From positions 1 through 64,000 of IMG/VR virus record IMGVR_UViG_3300046056_000003: a DNA stretch of 64,000 nt; one strand, 5' to 3'. Made by a program: the position numbers and the translations under genes. The stretch comes from a virus. Below the pieces are notes generated by a model that saw only the letters and a list, made by a program, of their open reading frames with translations, did no database searches and was not told the DNA's origin. Position 1 is the stretch's first letter. Each line of letters begins with the position of its first letter. Shown here in pieces: positions 25,901 to 33,500 of this stretch.

Positions 25901-28900
25901 GCCCAGACCGGATGCTGGTTGTCTTCCCTAACTCGGAAAGTTCTCTGGTTCCCCCATCTCGGCCCTTTACCATGATCGACATGGCGTTTTCTTCATCCTG
26001 CCGGGGAAGGGTCTGGGGATGCTGTTGGAGAATCTCGTTGGTCTGTGCGGCAAGCGAGGAAATCCCGACGAGCCCCTTTCCGTCGAGCTGCCGCCTGTAA
26101 TCCCCTTGCTGCCTGTCCGGAAGAATGAAGTCCTCCCTGTTGAACCCCTCCACGAGAATGTCCTTTTCGGCCCCCAGGTCGTTTCTGTCCAAGGGTTGGA
26201 GGACATTCTTTGCGTGCTCCGGGCTTTGGGCAATGTCCATCATCAGATCGAGATACTGGTCGTCCAGTGCCTTCCGGGTGTCGTAGTCAAACTCCCGTAC
26301 AGACTGCCCAAAGTCGGTCTCTGTACCTTCAGGAATCTCTTTGTCCTTGTCGATCCTGGTTAGATTCCCGTCTTCGTCCAGAGTATACTGCCGGAGCATC
26401 GTGTTCAGCTTGTCCACGTCGAAGTCCGATCCCATCTGGCTTACAATCTCGTCGGGGACGAAGGCCAGGTTGTAGAAGGACGGATCCATGAAGCCGACGA
26501 TCTCGACAGGAAGGCCGCTGTTCGGGCCCTGGTAGGGAATCCGGAATCCGAGAGATTCTAAAAGCGAAGGATCGAGCTTCTCTTCATCGATGACTCTCCG
26601 TCCATCTTCGGTGGTCTTGGTGAACTTCTCCATGGAGATGGTATTGCCGTCGCTGTCGGAGAAGTACCAGGGCACGATGATCTGTGCAGGCTCTGTGGCC
26701 GTTGGATTTCCGTCCTCGTCGGTCTGGACTTTCATGTGGTCCAGTCCGGTGGAGGGGTCGAAATCCTCTTTCATTATCAAGTCGCTCTCCGACATGTCTT
26801 CGAACTTTAGTCCCGCACTGGAGGCCTGGACGAAAGAGCGCCCATGGGCTTTTCTCCGGACAAGCCTATCGGTCACAATCGACATCAGGAGGCTTTCGAT
26901 CTTGGTCCCGCTTCCGGTGAAGGAGAGGGGTTTCTCGAAGTCCGATGCCGTGGTGTCCTTGATCTCTTGAATTTCCAGCTCCGACCAGTTTCTTGCCTGA
27001 GCTTCCCGAAGGACCATCTCTTTGATCTTCTCCCCGTCCGGAAGTACGTCTCTGGACTCCCCTTCGAGATCCGCCCCAAGTTCGTCGGCCAACCTGGACG
27101 CCTCCATTTCCATGATTGCCTTGTTCAGCTTTCGCTTTTGACTCAGCGCTTCCGACTTATCGATCTCACTCCCGTCTTCCCGAACAATGGTAGGATCGGC
27201 CCCCGCAATGGCCAGCTTGTTCATCTGCGTAGAGACGCTGATCTGATCCTGTTTTCGCGGGATCACGAACTGCACCCCAAATCCTGTGCGGTTTAGAGAC
27301 ACCGAAGACTTATCGAGATCCTCCGCAAGTGAGGTTTCCTCTTCGCCGACTTCATTGGGGTCCGGTTCCCGAACGCTGTCATTTTCATCAAAGACGTCCA
27401 CCGGATTCTTCTGCCCGACCTTCACGGCACTTCCGTAGGCTGCGCGGTCCACGCCTCCCCTCTCCATCGCCTTTCGGAGCTTGTCCAGCTCGCTTCCGGA
27501 AGTGAGGTTCGGCACCAGGGGGAAGCTGGAGGACTTCACCATCTGCTGGACATACTGCCCGGCGTCCTCGTCCCAGCGGTGTCCGCTGTAGAACGGCTTC
27601 ATGGGGGCGAGATCCAGCGTCTTCATCTCTTCGGGCGTGAGCCGCCAATCGTAGTTTCCACGGTCCCGTTCTTTCTGGATTCGATCCAGGATCTCCTGCG
27701 CCTCTTCTGGATCTATGCGACCATACTGAATGCCCACCCGAACATGCTCGTCCAAGGTGGTGTACTCCTGGGCATCGGTAGACTCAACGCCCTCAAACCC
27801 TTTAGCCTGCTGTCCGTCGAAGATCTTGGCGTACTCCTCCCGCTCTTTGCTGTCGATGAGCCGATCAGAGAGGGTGACGAAGCTGTGGCTGGCTTCCTCC
27901 CCGAAGCCGTGGCTAATCGTCGGCCCCATGGCCTTCGCCAATCGCTTCTGAAAGTTGCCCAGGGTGGCCTCGATAGTGTCACTACGAGTGTCACCACTTT
28001 TCACAAACTGCGCAGGGTCCCCGTGAAAGAGGCGCATCATCTCCGTAAACCCAAGGACGTGGGAGAGCTGATAGTCCAGGGCGGCATATACCTTGGCGTG
28101 GTTGCCTGAATACTTGTTCGGCGTCTGCTTCCGCAGGTAGTGCTGGTTCATGAGGTCCCACACCTCATTTTGGGACCACTCACGGGCCTTGTCCAGGGTC
28201 TTTCTCTCGATCCAGTTCTTGAGGGCATCGAAAACCGCGTTTCTGGATGCATCATTCTGGTTGGGAGACTTTAGCTTGTAGCTCCCGTCTGCCTGCTTTG
28301 TCCAGATGGCCTTTCTTTGCGCTTCTGAAAGCTGCTCTGGGTTCAGGGGAAAGAGGTAGAACGTCGATGCATTTCTCGCGTAGTCTTCCCCCATCGGATG
28401 GTCTTCAAACGCTCGCTGCTTGGCTTGCTGGTAGGACAGTCCCTCTTCTTGAAAGTAGTTGATCTGCTTTTGCAGATCCCTCTGTACTTTCGTCACCCGA
28501 TTTATCTCAGATAGAGCTGCCCGATAGAGCGCCGACAGCTCCTTATCCCCGATCTCCAGGTCAACGGCCCCGAGCTTGCCTTCTTGTAGGGTTTCTGCCT
28601 CAATCTCCGCGCCCCACATACCCCCCTTGTTTCCAGCCTGTTGGTAGTTGCCCAGATTTGGGACCTGGAGGGCAAAACTCCGCGAGCGGTCACTAAGCGT
28701 GAGACTGTTGATCAGCCGCTCGTCCCTTCCGTTGTTCTGGAAGATGGAGAGGGCCAGGATTTCCTGATCCTTCGGAGAAAGGTTATCCCTCGTGGCCGCC
28801 GCGTTTCTCTTTGATACCGTGAGGCCGTCGAGATAGAAGACGTCGAGGGATTCTCTCGTGGACGTCTGGTCTCCACGCTTCCCGGCCAGTGCTTGTAGCA

Positions 28901-30563
28901 CCGGAGATTTTCTCTGGAAGGGATCCCGAAGGCGCTTTTGAGCGGTGTCTGGATCTTTGACTCTCTGGACTTCACGAGTAATGCGCTCGTGGTCCTGGAT
29001 CGCGTAGTACTTCTTGTTGACGACGTTGGTGAAGGACGGGGCCCAAATGTCACTGCGGTAGTCCACAGAGTTGTGGGCCATGTCTCGGAGCCTACTGGTC
29101 GCCGTCTCATCGTTTAGCGGAGTCACTTCCGGAAGCGTAGGATCGCCCTCCTCGTCGGAGTTCTTCAAGAGGGACTGGAAGACAGACTCCACAATGCCAT
29201 TCTCATCGGCATTGGCGAAGTTGAACTCCCACTCCCGGTTTACCTTTCCGTCTTGAAAAGCCTCCAGTGCCGGGATGGGCATCGAAATTCCCATCCTTTC
29301 AAGAATACCGTGGACTCGGTGTAGATACGCGCTGGATTGAAAGTCCACGTCGCCTTGGAGGCCGCTGTGATACTCGTCCATCAGCGACCGGACCTTCTCT
29401 TCATCTACGCGGACGTTGTCTCTCTCGTCGTAGTAGGTGATGTCCGCTTGGCGGAGGGTATCTTTCCATTCCTCTACGACGGCTTCTCCCCGCTGAATGC
29501 GGTCGGAGTCTCCCACGTAGGTCTGCCACCCGCCCCTCTTCTTTCTGCTAATGAGGCTGTACTTGAACTTCGCGTAGTGCTTTCCGAAGGCGTTCACGAA
29601 GTCTTGCTGCACTGAATCCGGCGTGCTTTCTGCCTGGAAGGTCTCCGCAATTTTTCGGGCAAGCGGGTTATGCGTGCCCTTCTCTTCGAGAACGTCCATG
29701 TAGTGCTCAAAAGTACGTGGAAACTCGTCGGACAGTAGGTGTGCTGTCATATTCCACGCCTTCGAGAGGTTCACGAAGGACGGCATTCCGATGTAGTTGC
29801 GGCGCTCCTCCAGGAGTGGATTGCCATGCTCATCGGTTTTCATGGTGCCGCCCTCATCCCGCTGAAACTGGACGTCCTTCATGTGGGACAGCACCATCTT
29901 CACGGTGGCCGACGCGGTGTCTTTGTTGTTCACCGTGAATCTAAAATTATCCTCCCATGCCTTCTGTTCGAAGTCCCCGCCGCGTTGGGGCCTGTAAGCC
30001 CCGTTCTCCGGCTTGATGCCCATGTCCTTGAACTGCTGCTGGACATCAGTCCAGAACTCATCGAAGTTGTCCAGCGCTTTGCCTAGTTCAGACTCGATAA
30101 AGGCGTATGCTTTTGCCCTCCCTTCCGGAGCATCCTCTTTGCTGCTGCGGGCCCCGTCTCTTTTGGTCTCTAGCTGCGAGCGGGTCTGCGCTTTCAAAGA
30201 CTCCGGATCAACTTGGATATGCTGTACCTTGCTGCCCGGATCGTTTTTCGCCTCTTCTGCCTGATTGAACAGTTCCAACAAGGACTCATGCGCCAGATAC
30301 CGGATGGTATCGGTCATCTGCTGCTGCGTGCGCGGGGTAAACCCGTCAATCAGGCTGGGGAGATAGTCACGAATGATCCGCTCAGGATCTCCGTGATTGG
30401 CGACAAACCGTTTTAGCGCCTCTTCTGCATCCTCGGACTCTTCGAGGTACCGCTGGTATTTTTGTAGATCCTCGTCGGAGGCAAACTCAACCTTCAGGTC
30501 TCCCTGCTCACAGATCGGCATCGGCGTGGGGGCAAGATGTGAAAAGAAGGCCCCGTAGGACAA
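22959..30563 (-). CDS. giant virion RNA polymerase-like protein (crAss-type single-chain double-psi beta-barrel RNAP) with C-terminal HExxH motif
   Basis: GFRIPYQGPNSGLPVEIVGF...VSQMGSDFDVDKLN parallels the RNAP beta-prime segment R.P.LH...NADFDGDQM. DFDVD is encoded at 26412-26426 (about residues 1380-1384). VELHEALHAL (HExxH) is encoded at 23844-23858. Its position after the nozzle and internal-protein genes is also consistent. The start is either the TTG at 30563 or the ATG at 30521. Confidence 0.65.
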   Translation of the reverse strand: MSYGAFFSHLAPTPMPICEQGDLKVEFASDEDLQKYQRYLEESEDAEEALKRFVANHGDPERIIRDYLPSLIDGFTPRTQQQMTDTIRYLAHESLLELFNQAEEAKNDPGSKVQHIQVDPESLKAQTRSQLETKRDGARSSKEDAPEGRAKAYAFIESELGKALDNFDEFWTDVQQQFKDMGIKPENGAYRPQRGGDFEQKAWEDNFRFTVNNKDTASATVKMVLSHMKDVQFQRDEGGTMKTDEHGNPLLEERRNYIGMPSFVNLSKAWNMTAHLLSDEFPRTFEHYMDVLEEKGTHNPLARKIAETFQAESTPDSVQQDFVNAFGKHYAKFKYSLISRKKRGGWQTYVGDSDRIQRGEAVVEEWKDTLRQADITYYDERDNVRVDEEKVRSLMDEYHSGLQGDVDFQSSAYLHRVHGILERMGISMPIPALEAFQDGKVNREWEFNFANADENGIVESVFQSLLKNSDEEGDPTLPEVTPLNDETATSRLRDMAHNSVDYRSDIWAPSFTNVVNKKYYAIQDHERITREVQRVKDPDTAQKRLRDPFQRKSPVLQALAGKRGDQTSTRESLDVFYLDGLTVSKRNAAATRDNLSPKDQEILALSIFQNNGRDERLINSLTLSDRSRSFALQVPNLGNYQQAGNKGGMWGAEIEAETLQEGKLGAVDLEIGDKELSALYRAALSEINRVTKVQRDLQKQINYFQEEGLSYQQAKQRAFEDHPMGEDYARNASTFYLFPLNPEQLSEAQRKAIWTKQADGSYKLKSPNQNDASRNAVFDALKNWIERKTLDKAREWSQNEVWDLMNQHYLRKQTPNKYSGNHAKVYAALDYQLSHVLGFTEMMRLFHGDPAQFVKSGDTRSDTIEATLGNFQKRLAKAMGPTISHGFGEEASHSFVTLSDRLIDSKEREEYAKIFDGQQAKGFEGVESTDAQEYTTLDEHVRVGIQYGRIDPEEAQEILDRIQKERDRGNYDWRLTPEEMKTLDLAPMKPFYSGHRWDEDAGQYVQQMVKSSSFPLVPNLTSGSELDKLRKAMERGGVDRAAYGSAVKVGQKNPVDVFDENDSVREPDPNEVGEEETSLAEDLDKSSVSLNRTGFGVQFVIPRKQDQISVSTQMNKLAIAGADPTIVREDGSEIDKSEALSQKRKLNKAIMEMEASRLADELGADLEGESRDVLPDGEKIKEMVLREAQARNWSELEIQEIKDTTASDFEKPLSFTGSGTKIESLLMSIVTDRLVRRKAHGRSFVQASSAGLKFEDMSESDLIMKEDFDPSTGLDHMKVQTDEDGNPTATEPAQIIVPWYFSDSDGNTISMEKFTKTTEDGRRVIDEEKLDPSLLESLGFRIPYQGPNSGLPVEIVGFMDPSFYNLAFVPDEIVSQMGSDFDVDKLNTMLRQYTLDEDGNLTRIDKDKEIPEGTETDFGQSVREFDYDTRKALDDQYLDLMMDIAQSPEHAKNVLQPLDRNDLGAEKDILVEGFNREDFILPDRQQGDYRRQLDGKGLVGISSLAAQTNEILQQHPQTLPRQDEENAMSIMVKGRDGGTRELSELGKTTSIRSGHSAEDLSAHDAITLYQNAAVDNAKELILGPLGANQETANAIFPLLMMSDKQGTGPDLEHVTRLMRQPIIENILGEVDRRKSALKSGSSFGVLSDVIEEVQARRGQGRPMISGPEQLLEDLQNPTGDDAWNRRQDNYLEAFRRLLEVNKTLDTLQSAFNFGNRKGPGKNLLESRRHMKALKDAFDLSLSSPMSIGGELQVPNNAHSFKPTTEHGDYAKNSYLLADKLFGNLFQYDSTPFQEAITQMETMRDDRMSEEQVFKVWKEFQSMVYAGAKDALTDESLSDLRKRLLYTTEDSPSLARRLSNARKDGWANDHPFLRFIEINLKDQTKEYGYEEGETALQKTYAHTPDELYYNSIKLDETEEMRIVEDLAGLLSSPVEEKQKMAKDLVLYTMYIQGKKRSPRTFDSLIPPQFFNEEGVTKAIENMNLDAFTGGASFLQQYLQNNPSQAPRLTDEIVENKVKGSVQGPKIEFINDEVPEELTRYTSRGPQLVEYISFFDSDVGRFRLFTRQGTGYGEISTLGSATGGPTDMVEYNPFERRDTPPEGIGVPEMSSAVKITASSEYFGNGLNIPEGGTKITSPTVESHGIYRHHLPASSEASLSEVMDSISSDKEVRSSLRLVAQLMNRIQQEGDLGVSFEVKDLGEVNGKYNPDTNTIVLNSNLDIGNADAEADFAASVELHEALHALTADAITTAIEKDPSNRTAEERALLQLNSDVRSLLRDQFENFDEYLRTQEELRSGEDVQLDQFNDRKRNLFKAGENAHETLVAFFTNPEFQQWANEQQIDGGRSLYEKIVDRVKKFVRSFTQALDIDVQRGSLLERGLTVSTMTIEQQTSLFETEGSTETNQGKSTDESLSSEEYYSHDKDRTYEIITHSTGRVEVQRKDGETTRNEEANEVKKERNNDAREEAAEERGGETSDNPLADAVEDMQNGNYESTRRYIEGDKESLGQSVGEFLSTLTEQERETFRTLRKHIITKC

Positions 30564-30565
30564 GC

Positions 30566-33500
30566 CTAGCGCTCACATCGAAGTGTAAAGCGGTCATCCT
30601 GTGCAGGGGCGCTTATCTCGTAGTTACTCTCCCCTATTATTGTTTCTCCAACCGACATAAGAGTAGGTTCGCTTGCGGATTCGCTAGACCCAGGCGCAGG
30701 ACGTGTGCTAAAGATGTCGTCAACAACAGGATCGTCGGTTTTCTCATCGACCTTCTCGGTAATATCGTCGTCGGCCTTCGCTTCCACGTCAGACCCTGTA
30801 GATGTGGTCTCCCCACTTTCCTGCCGCAGCTTACTGACAGTTTGCTCGTCGTTGTAGCTGTCGGGGTAGTCGTACTTCTCTTTCAGGAAGGTGCGCAGGT
30901 CATTCCGAATGTCTTCGTCGGCCTTGCTCATCTCTTCGAGGAGATTGGCCTGTTCTCCCTTGGTCGTCCGACCCACAAACTGCTCCATCACGGCCTTGAA
31001 CATCGGCTCTGAAAGGTTGTCCAAAGACGGCCCCTCTTCTGTTATTGCAGGTTCAGACTTCGCGTCTTCCGCGTCTTTTTCTGCGTCTTCCGCGTCTTCG
31101 GCTCCTTGCTGTTCTTGCTCGACTGCCTCTTCGGTCTGATCTTCGATGTCTGCCTCTGCAATAACAGAAGAGATATCTCTTTCAACGCCGTGTTCTTGCT
31201 GGAGTCTCTCTTCCAGAGCATTTAAGAACGCAACATCCCCCTCAGAAAGCGTCTCAAGGGTGCTCGCTGTTTGAAGAAGCGTCTGGAAGGCACTATCCAG
31301 GGCAGCACCGTCTCCATCATCGTAGACGTCCGGCATCACCGGAGACTGGGCCTCCTCTCGAACGTCGGCCACCTCACTGTCGGAGGTTTCTTCGTCACCC
31401 GTAGGCCGATCATCGCTCTGCCGCTCGGGGAAGGAGTCATTGTCGATGGGAATGGACTCTACGCCCTCTGCTCCTAACGTAAGCGTGACTGTGGGCTGCT
31501 CAAAGTAGCGCCCCACCTCTCCGTTGTCTTCGGTGCTGGTTGTCTCCTCGTGGAGATCTGTGCGGAGATGTTGGGCGAGGAACTGGTTGTAGCTATCATA
31601 TTCGGTTCCCGCAACCTCAAAGCTTCCAAGGCCGGAGACGTCCTCTGACCTGTTGATCTCTTCGAGGTTGACGTTGAGCCACATGTTGTTCAGCAGGCGG
31701 CGAACCTCGTTCTCATTGCCTTCAATGCCTTCATAGCGGCTGTCCTCGTCCTCGATAAGGTCGGGGTTGTTGGTGTACAGGCCGCCTTGCTGAGACCCGA
31801 TGTACACCCCGGTTCCGTCATTGCTTGCAATGAGATACGTCCGGTCCCCCTTGATATCCTTTCGCTGGAAGAATTTTCGGGGATCGGCGATCGTGGTGAA
31901 CGCGAGCTTCTGGATTTCTTCTATTTCTCCTTTCTTGATCATACCCAGCAGGAAGTTTGCCGCCGGAAGCCCCTCGATGCTCACGTCTCTAATCTTAGGA
32001 ACCTCGACGGGAACGGCCACCTTGTCGCCGTTGGCCGAGGGAAGGATAATGCCCACCGACCCTTCGAGAAACTGGCCTTCCTGATTGAAGTCGTTTACCA
32101 GCTCCTCATCCGGCTTTTGCTGCCCTCTGATTCGGGGTTCTCCATTTCGGATGACGTAGATCTGGAAGTCGGCGTTTTGAAGGTTTCGATCCTGGTCTAC
32201 CAGGGCCGGAACTGCCTCTTTCAGGGGCCGCATGTCTCGCTTGAGGTTTTCGTCTTCGTCTTTCTCCAGGACCGTCTCTCCGTTCTCATTTTCTCCCTCC
32301 TGGTAATGCACAGAGACGTGTCCACCTCTCTTTCCGGATACGCGACCAGGAATCCCGTCTTGGGGGTTGTCTTGCTGCTTGGCCTGCCCGATGATCTTGG
32401 CTCGGAGTTGCAGGTTCTCCTCCTGCTGCCTTTGGATGTTGTCTTCGACGTTTTCGGTTTGGGTAACGGTGGTCTCCTTCTCAATGAAATCGAGTTCATG
32501 GACATACCCTACCAGCTCCCCATCGTGGCGCACTTCGATCTCAATGCCCCCGATGTCCTCTACGCTGTCCAAATCGATGTCCTCCTCAATTTGGGGGTCG
32601 GTCACGTGAAAGGTCACGCGGCTTCCTTCGCCGAAGCTCTCGGTCTCTACAAGAGGGTTCAGTCCCTCGCTGCGGTCATTGGACACCGGGGTTGTCCGAT
32701 CCCCCTCTTCGGTCTCTTTCGACGCATAGGCCAGTGCTGTGCCTGACTGAACCAGCTTCTTGCGGCTGTGCTCATCCTGGGTCCCCTCCGCAGTTTTGCC
32801 CTTGGTTTCCTGGAAATCCTCCTGGGGCGTCTGCGGGGGTTCATCGATTTCACTTCGACTCTCCGTGTCCGTAGCATCCTTCAGGTCGTTTTCTTCGATG
32901 TCATTCTTCTCCGATACAACGAGGTCCTCCACTTCCGTATAGTCGAAGGGTCGGCCTTCCACCTTGGCCCTCGCCGCCTTCTCTACGTTCTCTTTCTTGG
33001 TCTCCTTGTCGAAGTCCTCGTTGGACCGGATTTGGGCAAAGGTCTCTTCCAATTCATTGCGAATTTGCTGTAGCTCCTGCTCGGACTTCGCGGCCTCTGC
33101 AAGTGGATTGAAGTCTTCGGATCCATCCTCTTCCGTCGAGGAATCCTCGTCAGTTGTTGCCTCCGTTGTAGCCTCTTCGCTGGTGGTGTCCTCCCCGCCT
33201 TGCTCCTCTTGCATGTCTTCGACGGCATCTTCCAGCGGGTTTACCGATTCATTCGTAGACTCCTGATCGCCGGATTCTTCATCTACAGATGACACCTCTT
33301 CGGCGGTGGCTTCCCGTTCCCGTTTTCTTTCTTTTCGCTCCTCCGTCTTTTTTTCTTCGGCGGCGCTTTGGGCCTCTTGCTCGACGGTGGTAGACTCATT
33401 GGGGCTAAGACCATCGGCTGCATCCTGCGCATCTTCCGCCGTGTCCTCTTCTTCAACCTTCCGCCGAGCCTCCTCTGCACGCTGTTGCTCCAGACGCGCT

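Noticed and set aside
22959-30563. The alternative that the giant protein is an N4-type (T7-like single-subunit) virion RNAP.
   Set aside because: I could not find T7-family motif A, B or C patterns by eye, whereas a beta-prime-like R.P...DFD.D segment is present. This still needs a profile search.
30539-31012. A 157-aa + strand ORF spanning the junction of the two giant genes.
   Set aside because: It is antisense to both, with Arg/Leu/Val/Cys-rich composition.
31787-32746. A 319-aa + strand ORF (and 34559-35257, 232 aa) inside the 1863-aa gene.
   Set aside because: They are antisense to a continuous 5.6-kb ORF, their composition is unnatural, and nothing supports a start site.
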